Made by a program: the position numbers and the translations under genes. The notes below the pieces were generated by a model. That model saw only the letters and a list, made by a program, of their open reading frames with translations. It was not told where the DNA came from and searched no databases. Source: Phoronis australis (taxonomy: Eukaryota; Animalia; Phoronida). From it: a stretch of 64,000 nucleotides of DNA. The stretch's first letter is position 1. Each line of letters begins with the position of its first letter. Of the stretch, positions 26,126-38,300 are shown in pieces. The stretch lies in NCBI GenBank assembly GCA_002633005.1, contig NMRA01000015.1:1409439-1473438 (forward strand), given 5' to 3'.

Positions 26126-29100
26126 CTGAGGAGAAAGAGGGAAGTATAAGCATGATCATTGACAAAGTGAAACATAGGGGTCACTGCAGTACCTGGCTCA
26201 TCTGTTCTACTTGATGGCCTGGACAACAATCATTTGGTCTATGTAAAACCTAAATTTTATTTCTGCAGACTAACTCAATGCACTTTAAGTTGCAGTGGCC
26301 AGTTGCATGAAACCCTTCTAATAGCTACATTCCTTAACTTTTGACCCCATTTGTATGGACTTATGAAAACACTGACTGAACTTACTATGGCTATTTTGTC
26401 TTCCTTACTAAGTTAGGTTTAGCTCTGATACATACTAAGAGTACTATCTACGTTGAGTTCTCAATATTTTTGAAAATAGATAGTGACATTTTCTTTCAAT
26501 GTCCTAAGTCACTGTAAAATTTCTTTGAAATAAGAGCTCAGTTTTCAGGCATTTTTATTAATATAAAATAACACCAGTAAAAGAGGAACTTATGAAGATA
26601 AAAAGGATAGAAAAATATAATGTGTTTGAGTAAACAAAGATACCACTGCACTAAAGATTTAGGGAACTTAGTAGTGAGTCCCTATTTGGGAATGTTCTAT
26701 GCAACTGGGCACTGAAGACAGGTATGGTGTGGTTAACTTAATATGTGACATCACCACCAGGTGGCAGTGATACTGAGTAACATGAAAGTTCTCCAGTCAT
26801 TTACTGAACGTAGCACATTTAAGCTTTGTTTCTGGAATAATTTTTACATTTTACCGCAATTAAATAAACTTTTTATGAACGCACAGTATTTTAAAATAAA
26901 TTCTAGTTCAAAGAGTCCAAAACTATATGCGCAGATATAACTTAGAAACAATACTAATTTCTTACAACTGTGAATTAATATGTGGATAGTAAAGGTTACC
27001 AAGTGACAAAGAGTCCCACACATCACAAAAATTTACTCCACATTAGAAACTATTAAAACAAGCCGAAACGCATTTTGCACAAACACGACAAGAATACTAC
27101 AACATGAACAAAATTTGAATAAAACAAAATTTCATTCTAGATCTCAAGTTTTTGAAAATTAAGGCTCAGTATTCAGTAAACCAATTCTCATCTGCTTCCT
27201 GTGTTTCTCATACTAATTAACATAATTTATGAACTTGATTTTACTGAGGTTAAAGTAAGAAACACCTCAGGTAATTTGTAAGTCATATTCATGGATTTAA
27301 TGAGACCCGCCCACTTAAACCTGATGAAGATGGCACCAACATCCCTTGTTCAAGTACAGCGACATTTAATTGAAAAAAAATTCAATATTATAAAAAAATA
27401 ATAGTAATGTCACGAAACCTTGTGATGTGGGAAACTTGAACTGCTAAGTTGTCATTAAGAGATGATGCGACGTTAAATGATAGGTGATGAGGCACTGGAC
27501 AGATCTAACTGACATGATCCCACTGAGAGTGTTCAACACAAATGTGGCTTGGACTAACATAGTTAGCAGGATATATCTACCTTAGATAGGTAATACGTGT
27601 CAATTACAACAGTCATCAGTTGATAATGTTAAAAAGAGAAAATCAATGTCTTGTACGAATGTAACATGCGTGTCAAGCAAAGACAACTGTCAAAGATGCT
27701 CTGTCAATCAAAGAACACTTCAGAAACATACAATGCAAACATACTTTGATGTGATTTAGAACAATACTTTATCAATTACAACGAAAACAAAGTTGACATT
27801 GACAAGTATTATTTGCATTATTTGTAAAATGATTGACGTAAACTGTGCGCTCGAGAGAGTTATACAACTAAGCTAGACATGTAACAAACCAACATGACAA
27901 TAATTACACCCGAGGGGGGGTCTCTTCTATATGACAGGCACGGGATGCCATCGCAAGTACAGACCAAAGTAATACCAGGGAAACTGGTAGAATGATTACC
28001 TAAGGCAATACCAAATGATGAGAACCCTTAGCCTAGCCAAGACAATGTGGATATCCTCCAAAGTCACCCTTGCCACATGACTACCCCCACCATCACCTGC
28101 CCATGACAAGACTTGGGTAAATACAGGACACCTATTCCAAGACAATACCACAAACTACCCACCGAAAATGATACCTGAGAAGTGTAAATAACAACTCATT
28201 TGGCCGGGCATGACATGCCAAAAAGAGTAGGCCTGCGACCTGGTGGAACTTGTAGTACACTAGGCGCGCTTGGACCACATGACTGAGCCCATCGGCACAT
28301 CTCAACCAACAACTCTTGCATGAGAACTCCAAAGTTATTTTTTTTAAGTCCATTCCATATGCCGCAATTGCAATTTCATATATGACTGTCTCATAAAGTT
28401 ATGCTCATACTACAAGCTACAAGAACATCTTGCCCAGGAGCAACTTGCCCAAGTTCACATTTTGGGAGGAGTAACTAGTCCTCATAGTGGCTTAGAATTT
28501 TGCAGGCACCCTTCTAAATCATGGGTGTCGTTCACAAATAATAGGGCTTTTGAAATTATGAACACTTCAAAATTGAATTCATAGTTACTGAGTTTTGGGC
28601 TTGGAGGGGGCAACTAGTCCACACAGTAGTATCGAATTTTGCGGATGCTTGTAAATCATTGGTGTCATTCAGACCTTTTGAAATGGACCCTGCTCTTAGT
28701 TATACTACTGTCCCAGTTGGCCTGTGTATGCACTGAGAAGGAAATTGGTTTATTATCCCCTGTGGATTCTGTACAGCTGAGCCCCAGAATGCACCTGGGC
28801 TTCCACAATACATACTCCACACACTGGGACTGGCAGGCTTAGACACACGTACGTTTGTATCTGCGCAAGCATGCAGGTGCTAACTACTTCATCCCTAGTC
28901 TACAGGTTTTGCAGCCACAATAGTGCAAGTTCTGCATTGATAACTGAAGGTGGGCTATGTTGCCATAGACGTGTCATACTGTCCCAGCTCAAGTGACATT
29001 CACACTACTACAACACCTAGCGACAACTCCTTCAAGCAAAGCTAACTCTAAAGTAACTCATTAAGTGGACACCATTTATCACAATGTGTAGCCAGGTGAT

Positions 29101-29264
29101 GACACCACTCTCGTATCAAGCTAAAAAGTCATTTACAAATTTTTACATGGCAATCGGAGTATCTATAGTGGTCTGTAAGTTATACACTAAAAATCGGAGT
29201 GTTAGCCAAACTTTAGACAATTTCAAGACTAAATCCTTGACAACTTCATGCCTACAGGCTTTAC

Positions 29265-29337
29265 CTTTAGCATTGAGACCATCGACATTTACTCCTTGTT
29301 TGGCCAGGAATGTCAGGCAAGTGTTAATGTTCTCTAT
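29265..29337 (-). CDS. NAV2: Neuron navigator exon, CH domain (IENINTCLTFLAKQGVNVDGLNAK)
   Basis: TTTCAG acceptor, 73 nt, G|GTAAAG donor, phase 0 to 1. Matches the NAV IENI..CL.FL...G.N..GL.A motif. Confidence 0.95.
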
Positions 29338-31241
29338 CTGAAATGAAGATAGAAAGAAATCATAAGACAACCACACCTTTATGTTACCATGACAACAGCT
29401 AAAACAGAAATAAATAGGTATGTAAAGAATACCTCTACATTCATCTAGCGTAGCTCCACCATGGAGGTCTCTTGCCACTGAGAAGTAATAAAGTCTTTGA
29501 CCAAATAAAAGAGAAAGAGAGTGTCCCCTGGCAGTATGAGTCAGTCAAACAATCTAAGGTAATTACAAGAAAAACAATATACAGCACACTTGAACAGTCA
29601 ACGTTGTTAAAAAGTGTAAAACAATTAGTTTTGACGTTAACGTCTCTATCAAGCACACCCCCAACCACATGAGAAGAAAGGTGACACCACAATAGTTCTG
29701 AGAAACACTTGTTCACACACACTTTCACAAGGGCTTGCCTCTGCCAAAATGACTGCGTTGTTTTATGACCTCATACAAACACCACTTGAACTATGTCTCA
29801 ATGTTTCGCAGATTCATCACACCCACAATCCACCTGCCCAGTAACAGATGTCCTCACATGGCACAGAAACAGAAAGAGCGTATTCATACAGAACAAGTCA
29901 TCAGTTGAGAGATTTCATGCACGCATTCTGACATTTCAATCGATCTAGATAAAATATTTTTGAGTGGATAAGACTTAGTGTATTTCTATAGCCAACGGCA
30001 GCGAAAGCTATAGCAAAAAATGCAAGAGAACACTGATTAGTTACCAGAGCAACTGTTAGGCTATGTTCATTTGGTTATTTTGCTCATTCATCAGACTGTC
30101 CATAAAATTTGCAAAGCAAAGTTGCTGCCATTTGATGGTTTATGGTTCTATTAATAATGATTTCTCTCATTCTTGCTATGCTAGATCACGAAAACGGATT
30201 TGAATTATGGAAACAATGGAGAGAATACAACGTCGAGTCCAGTATGGCCTTATGTAAGAGGGAAGGGAACATTAGAGATAACATTTGGTGCGGTGATCTG
30301 TCCTCCATTTCGGACAATAATAATTACCAAAACAATTTTCCCTTTTTTCTTGAAGGCTGGTAAACACTGCAAAAGTTATCACTGACTCAGTGCAAATCGT
30401 GGTAATTGTGAAGTTGTTTCCCTTGACAAAATAAAGTTTCACATGTGCGCCACCTTGTGTACTAATCTGAAGAACATTCATACAGTATTTAGTACAAAAA
30501 CCTTTCTAACTCCAGATATCAATCTAGCCCATTGTCTCACAGACCACATTAGCTATCATGGTTCAAAGAGTCAATAAAACCAAATTGAACTACTTTCTAT
30601 AATTGGGGATCAAAAAAAATTTTTATCATATATCTTCACATAAAAATAATCTTAACTTCACTAGGAATTCAATTTCAGAAGATAACAGTTTGCAAAATCA
30701 CCAGTTTTATTGCACAATATACCAATTCAGTGTTTTATTGCTGGGAAGTTATAGCTAATGTGGTAATTTGTATGCACCACACAAAAGGACCCAAGGTTAG
30801 CGTTCCTTATAAAAAACTTGTTGATGACTGTGGTTCTTGTACAAATCTATTATTGACAATGTACAAGACGACATGAAACTGGCCAGTGTCTAACATATTT
30901 TTCCAATCATTTCTTTAGAACCAAAGTAGGATAATACAAAGACTTTAACACAAATGGCAACGTAGCCAAAAATCTGCATCAGCGAACACAGGCCTAATTT
31001 TTGGCAACTATCGGATGAGTGGGAAAGTACAAGTTCTAGCTGCTGCCAAAGGCTTGTCAAGCATGTGGGAGAGTGGTGATGTATTAATCTTTACATGTCA
31101 TCACTCCATCATGAGAACACAGCATTAAACAAACACTAGTCAGGACTGGTCTTGGAATATCTACCAGACCACCTAGAGAGTCCTGCACATCATGTGGTGG
31201 AGACCTACCTGAGTTCTCACAAGTTGCATACCATAACAGTT

Positions 31242-31579
31242 TATGGTAAAAATTCTAGTTTGGGCAGACACCAAAATTTGGGACTCGGAAATTCAAGCAA
31301 AATTTGAATATTCTTGAATCTGAAGATTGTGATATGAGTGATTTTGGTATTCATCATATTTCTAAAATTTTGTATGGCTGCATTTTTGTGTCAATAGTCA
31401 GAAAATAAGACTTAGGAGTTCACAAAAACATAAAAAATAGCCATCAACGGAACCTAAATGTCATTGATCGAAATCTTGAATTTAGTAAGGCCAATATTGC
31501 TTGTTTCTAATATTTAAATTCTGACATCGAGCAAAATAATTAATTCTTCACTGTCCAAAACTGGAGAATTTGTACTGTA
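31242..31579. mobile_element. Degenerate TA-flanked MITE, Tc1/mariner-like termini
   Basis: Left TATGGTAAAAATTCTAGTTTGGGCAG versus reverse complement of right TACAGTACAAATTCTCCAGTTTTGGACAG. A similar end sits at 34866 (TACAGTAAAAATTATCCAGTTTCGGACAG). Confidence 0.5.
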
Positions 31580-32106
31580 ATCTATTTTGTGTTGTTTGGT
31601 GGTCAGTTAAGAAATTTACTAAGACATACACAAAAATATAATACAATGAAATTCAGCCTACAATCCACAGTGAGCATTATATCCTGGCTTTAGACAATAA
31701 ACACATATAAATAAATAATAAATGGGAATATTAAACTGTTATCATTATACAAATGCTTGGTGATAACAAACATGTTCAAAATATTGAACTGAGTAGCATG
31801 AACAAAACATCTTCATGTTGCGTACAAGACAGTGCACAAGCATTGGTTAACAAAACATCATTGATAAGACATTGTTAAGATTATTTTGGACCTAAAATTT
31901 TCTGTACTGACAATAGACAATTCACAGTATTTTTAGATCAGATGATTGTGATGCAATATTTGAAACAAATATTTACTGGGTTACTAAACTGTACTTGTTT
32001 AATACATTGTAAACATGGTGGTAGCAGGATTAAACGGGATGACAATTGTTTATAGCAACAGTTTTAGTTAATTACAATTTTTAGCTACTCTAGATAATTT
32101 TCATGT

Positions 32107-33384
32107 CACCCGGGTTCCAATTAATTATGCATGCGTCACCTGGCCGGAGAACGTACGACATACCAATCATTCCCAGTCAACTTTGCTTGTGTGACAACTC
32201 ATCTGTTTATTACATATTACTTTTTTTAAATTCTGTAATTATTCGCTTTTTGGAGTAATCTCGGACAATCCTGGACTGAACTAGATTTAGCCATTGTTTA
32301 GCCAGAAGTGGACAAGAAATGTCTGAAGTCGGTGCCTACAAAAACATAAATCACGAGCACGATGAAACTGCTGGTTGTTGGCCTTGGATGCTGAGTGACT
32401 GTTCAAATGCACGAGTGACTTCATATGCACGAGTGACACCACACCAACTCTGTGACCTTGAGTCACTTAGTGGCAACAGCTCGCATTTGTTTCGCATTTC
32501 AAAATAGCACTCTTAGCAGGTGGCGCCGCAGTATAGAAGGGAAATACTGACGGTATAATATCTATCTTCATCAGAACATGTTTAGCAGGTAACTTCATGG
32601 TCTCTCGGAACATGTTCCTCCAATAATCCCATGGTAACAAATATTTTCCATACACAGTAGCTTTGCACCACTTTGGCATAAAAGGTCAACACTACATTCT
32701 CAACATGAACGAACCAACTCCGGTGGATCTTGCCATTCATTAGAAATCAGTGAATGAACTCCTTGTACTTGATGCGAGATCATGATGCATGAATACTAGA
32801 ACCCAACAAGTTCCAGGCGCACCAAGTAAGACTCGGAGATCCAATGTCAAACATAATCCAGAGTGTATAGTGCCGTTTACACCTCAAAAGTTGACACGGA
32901 TCAGCTGGTACAGAACGAGTTGTTCCAGTTTGTAAACGGGACTGACACGGAGCAAATTGACACCGTGGTGACAACTTTTGCCACCCGTTTTTGAGGTAGA
33001 GCAATTTGCGCCCGAACATCTTGCTCCATGTCAATTATATGTCTAAACGCCAAACTGGGGCAAGGCGGAAAGGATCATCTCTACTGCGCTTGCCTAATGA
33101 CCTACGTACGGGTTCTTTGTCTCTGCAACTCCCGTCATTTGTAAACCTGCGCATGTGCGATCCACTCTCTCCAGCCTGCAATTTCCGTCTTGCCATAGTT
33201 AGTGATTTGTGTATGTAAATGTCCACATGACATGGGTCAATTTGCTCCATGTCAGTTACGCCGGGCCAAAAGTTGATGTCTAAACGGGTCTTATGTTAAT
33301 AAAGTTTGAAGAGAATGAAAGGTCGGGCTGAGAACATCACTTCCAGAGTGATGCATGCATAATTCATTAATCAGAACCCAGGTG
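32107..33384. mobile_element. Putative non-autonomous DNA transposon of about 1.3 kb with CACC termini
   Basis: Left CACCCGGGTTCCAATTAATTATGCATGCGTCAC versus reverse complement of right CACCTGGGTTCTGATTAATGAATTATGCATGCATCAC. Interior is richer in CpG than the flanks. No TSD seen. Confidence 0.6.
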
Positions 33385-33448
33385 GAATTTAAACAACTTG
33401 AAAATTTATCAAAGATAATTAGAAAATCGTAATATAACCTGGTGAAAT

Positions 33449-33683
33449 AGATTCTTCATTGTCTCCTTAAGTCATGCTAAAGATATATTTAGCTCACTTA
33501 CTAGGGGGGGGCAAGTTTGAACACTTCAGCTAACTACAATGGGCTTTCATCAGCGACTGCGACGCCCGTGGCATTTGTATTCGTAAGTAATAGTTGGCTG
33601 TACACAGGGGGTTCAAACTCGACCCGTAGTAACTGAGCTTAAACATATCTTTAACACAATTTAACCTAACAATGAAAAAGTTT
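33449..33683. mobile_element. Fold-back (palindromic) MITE-like element, arms about 85 bp
   Basis: AAAGATATATTTAGCTCACTTACTAGGG...CAAGTTTGAACAC mirrors GGGTTCAAACTCGACCCGTAGTAACTGAGCTTAAACATATCTTT, and the symmetry extends both outward and inward. Confidence 0.75.
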
Positions 33684-34721
33684 GTCTTGATCTTTACTCT
33701 CAAACCTCAACAGCTATAAACCAGCCTTTCCTTACAAAAAACAACTTTTGATTTAGACCATTTTCTGTTATGAAATGTGCTTCAAAATTGTTCTTTTAAG
33801 TCCAACAAGAGGTGATTCCAGAGCTTCAAAAGAGCTGATAGTCAGTTATTGCTCGACTGAGATCTGCATCTACAAGTTGGCTTGTCATAAGGAACCATGT
33901 CATTTGATGGGTAGCCATGGTGTCAAGGAATAATAAACTGTCGGTTTTTACAATACCAGGCACAACTTCAGACCTAAGTGAACAAGTTAACACCAACATC
34001 ATTACCTAAAGTATCGGTAGTTTCAATTAAAATTTTGCTTAGAGCAAAGCGGGAAATAAACATGAAAGACATGCTATGATAATACTACACCTAAAACAAC
34101 ACAAAAGAGTAAAATACAATTCCAACAGCCACGTCCTCAATCGAGACCGAAAATTACCAAAAGATGTGAGTGAAACCCCCTTCAGCCACAATCGTACTTG
34201 AAGATGCCTAGATATGTCACAATAATCTTGAGTGAGACCAACTTGTGTTCCAGAATCCTTCAAGTGGAGGTAGTAATAAGACATACACATAGAATGAAGT
34301 TTGCCAGTATCTAAACATAGCCAACATGACGTATATGTGTGGCCTGGCCGCCAACCAAGAGAGGGCAGGATGCCATCACCTTCCAGACACCAACAAATAT
34401 CCGACTTATGATACACAGTTCAAGCTGTAAATGGACACCAGATTGTTGCAATTTCAAATAACTTGATTTCAGACAAATCCATGAGTGCCCCCTGGGTTAT
34501 TTGATAGGTGGTAGTTAGACAAGAATAGAAAGGCACTGGATATAGGAAAACCAACAATTGACTTATGTCTTGACATTTTAAGGAAGCTAAACACATTAGT
34601 GGATAACCACATGTATTATAATTATACTGATTAGTTTGGAGTGCAAAAGCTGTGAGTTCCAGATAATACCTTGTTGGTTGATCTTGAATATCAGTGTCGA
34701 CACAGGGAGTCTTTTAGTTTT

Positions 34722-35311
34722 ACTATGTTCATATGAGTGATGAAAACACTAGTAGTTTCACTGGCTAAAACGGTACAGAAACACTGTCAAGCTGTCCGCA
34801 AAAGGGTTGTTTTCGCCATCACTTAGTTTGTTTTCTCACCACTCGAATTGCTTTTAAGCGAAAATTACAGTAAAAATTATCCAGTTTCGGACAGTGAAAA
34901 TTAATTATTTTGCTTAAGGTCGGAAACGGGCAACAACGGCCGTCCCAATATCTAAAATTACGATCAATTACAAACCTTTAGGGATTCATGACAGCATCTC
35001 GTGGGCGGCTATTTTCTACATTTATTAACTGCATTGACTCTATCTTAAGATTATGTTGTAACAAAATGCAATTTCCGATACATGAAAAATATGACGAATG
35101 CCACATTCACCCATGTTCCACTGCCCAATGCGACGCTAAGCAAAGGTGTCTTACCCATCCTTTGAAGTGGTCTAGTTACACAAGTCCTAGCTAAAACGCC
35201 AGCAGTTTTGGAGTAACTGAAATCTCCAGTGAAGTGCCAGTGAAAGGTTGTAATTGTTCACAATGCTGGGTTCTAGCAAAAGCGTAAGCATTTTAGCCAG
35301 TAAGTGAACAG
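34722..35311. mobile_element. Dispersed MITE-like repeat; relatives at about 13105..13250 and 46460..46838
   Basis: Shared blocks CTAG..TTT..ACTGGCTAAAA, TGTCCGCAAAAGGG..TTTTC and AAAACGCCAGCAGTTT. Confidence 0.55.
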
Positions 35312-38300
35312 TGGTAATCATATTGCAGCCTGGTGAGCACACCTCCATCAGAGTCCTGTGTCCCACTGTGGGCAAATAGCAATAAAGGACTGACTAATTA
35401 TAATTACATGTTAGAAACAGTCCACGGTAAAGGGAATAGTGCCAGGGCAGACTGTTGATCCCTCCTCACAAATCAGACCAGCAAAATCAATCAATTTCCG
35501 ATCAAATCATCATTCACCATCCACACCATGCTGTCCATCAGAGAGAATTGGGGCTCAGTTGGGGTTAGCACAATGAAGAGCAGATTACTTCCATTATATT
35601 TATTTTCAATAATTGAGCACCACTTGAGCTCAATTGAAAATCTGGTTCTGCATACAAAGGGATTATGAGCTGCCCAGTGATTAATGGTCCAGCTAGCCAG
35701 AGTACCATTCATTTCTATTTTCATCGAGAAATAAATTGAACAGCTATCCCCAGAAGCGAAAGAAGCTTCAGAGATGGTAACCATGGACATAGTCTAGACG
35801 TATGCTGACAGGAAGTGAAGCAATCTCCAGCTGGCAGGTGATCAGTCTTACCTGAGTATGTTGACATGTAGCCACAACCAAAGTACAGCCTGCATACACA
35901 ACCAATAGATGTTTTTCAATGTATTATTCATCCTCTTACAAGCAACTCATTGCTGCCTCACTGAATCACCACCACAACACTGTTGCAGCTAACAGCAGAC
36001 ATGTGTTTCCCATTGATTGCGTGTTGGTAGAGCTTGGCTGACCAGGCTGGCTGTGTGTATCAGACCAGTGCAGGACTGATATCACAAGTGGCTACAATCA
36101 AATTAATTCAAATCTATGTCAACATTATCTGGCTGGTAACACAGCACTGACAAGCTGAGGCATTACACAGTCTGGTGGTTACTAACTGAAATGAGCTCCT
36201 TGAGTTGGACTCAGGCTGGACTCCCAATAACCCGTCAGTGATGATCATCACCTAATTCCCGACTTATATACTACACGATGCTCCTGATTTTTTTAACAAA
36301 TCCCATGACTCACGAAAAGTTGTCAAATCTACCTGATTTTCGACCAAATCATCTTGGCTATCATAAAAATTATGTTAAGTTTTGTCAACAAACCTAAAAC
36401 AAAAGAGCATAAACAACGTATTGACTTCAATTAGTGTTTTAACTCTTACTGAATAGTTTCCACTATCATGACATATATGGAGTGATGCTTCTATCAGTTC
36501 AAAAATCTGTGGAAACCCCGACAATTGAAAATAACCACACAACCATATTACCATGGTAACAGAGTTATATACTAACATGTCAATTTTCTCACACACACTT
36601 TATTGATGAAAATGCATTATGGAAATGTCAAACTATTTCCACCGTTTATCACTGGCAACTAAATTGTGTATTGATCAAAGAATGTCAATAGTTTAGTCTC
36701 CAACTAGGAATTATCTGGCAAGATTGCAAATTATCACACACAGAAAACAATAGATGTTTTCTACTGAGCCTGTAAGGCCAATGGAAAAAGATGCTGTAGC
36801 TGTGTAACACCAAGACCTGACCTGACTCTCAGCCCACAAGGATGATGGCAAACTATAATAAGATGAAAGAAGGACCTGTCTGTGTTTCTGGTCACACTTG
36901 ATCGAATTGGATAAATAACAAAAACCATATCCAATCCCTCACACATTCAGTATTCAAGATATCAGTAGAGACCCTGAGTACTTTTCGTTTCAGCTATTAT
37001 TTTCGTCCCAAATTGAAGAATTTTTAACATCATGCTTTTTTTATGTGGAGTCGGGTGCGCAAACTTGCAGTAAACAAGACCACACTTGATGGAGTTGTTA
37101 CCATAAATCAAAAGAAACAAATATATTGTCTTTCTCATCAGAAAAATTATAACTACAGTAGTTTTAAAGAAAAACTGCCAAGACTTTCAATAATCTGCAA
37201 CTTCAGAGAAGACAAATTTGAGAAGGTGCAAATGATATAATGACAAAAACACTGCATATTTAAGCTCTGACATAAAACAATAATGAAAAGCTTTTCTTAA
37301 AACAACTGGTTTTCATAATAAAATTTCACAAAAAGTATCCTTCTTTCATTATTGAAGCCAGGGACTTTAAACATTGCTGTGATTGGTCACAAGTTTACAA
37401 AATATTGTCAGTTATTAGCGATGACACTAACTTGAACACGGCAAAAGCATTATTCTAATCCCAATGCTCCTTATAAACAAGGAGAGAGAAACGTAACACT
37501 AGTCCACCATATTGTGCAGGGCCCTATATTGGTGAGCATTGCAAATGCACTATTCCTGACAAGCACAGAATAAAACAAATCAAGACTTTGTACCCACTCA
37601 ATGCTTCTATGTCCCCAATACTAGACACACTGGTAAGAGACTGTGATGTCACTGAAGGGAGCACATCACGATCACGTCACATGAGACAAACACAGTGCAC
37701 TATTCACAACTAGTGGAAAACTATCAATTTTTTTATTATCCGTGCCATTCAATTTAAAGTAAAATCAAACGTATCATTTCACAAGTCTGGTTGTATAGTA
37801 AAAGTTCATCAACAATGAGTTGAATGAAACAGAACGCCACAAGACACCACAGAGGCCTTTCATGTCCCTAATCTAATTGTCAACCTAATTTTAAATGAAT
37901 TTAAAAACAATCTCACTTTCAACCCATTTTAAAACAATTTATAAAACTGATAGAAAACACACTCAACTTCCAAACCACCTTAATCGGACAGGAGATGAGT
38001 AAAAGTACATTGGTTCCTTGCCAAGGAAAGGTTATTTAACCAAAAAAGTGAAACCCCAGAGATGAGAGAGTACATGGAGACATAATTATCTGACCCACTG
38101 AGTTCAAGAGGCTTCAATAACATCCAACACAGTCTTCAAAGTAAACATTGCATAACCATAACCAGTTGTATTGACTTCAGTGAGCTTCAAACCACAGGTC
38201 AGTGTTGTGAAGAGTCCAGAAGCACACTCATAGAAATCACATGCTAAGGAATAATCTATAACCTGCTGGTTCTGACATATGACAGCAAATTGTCTATGAC

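Larger units (their letters stand above)
23815..27842. repeat. Direct duplication of about 2.0 kb (about 23815..25841 and 25843..27842) joined at a single N
   Basis: Colinear sequence at an offset of about 2020-2000 bp with scattered substitutions and small indels. Both copies end ...AAAATGATTGACGTAAA. Confidence 0.95.

Noticed and set aside
35852-35889. Strong donor with a short upstream ATG (MSTYS)
   Set aside because: Phase 1 does not match the phase-0 host intron and nothing else supports it.
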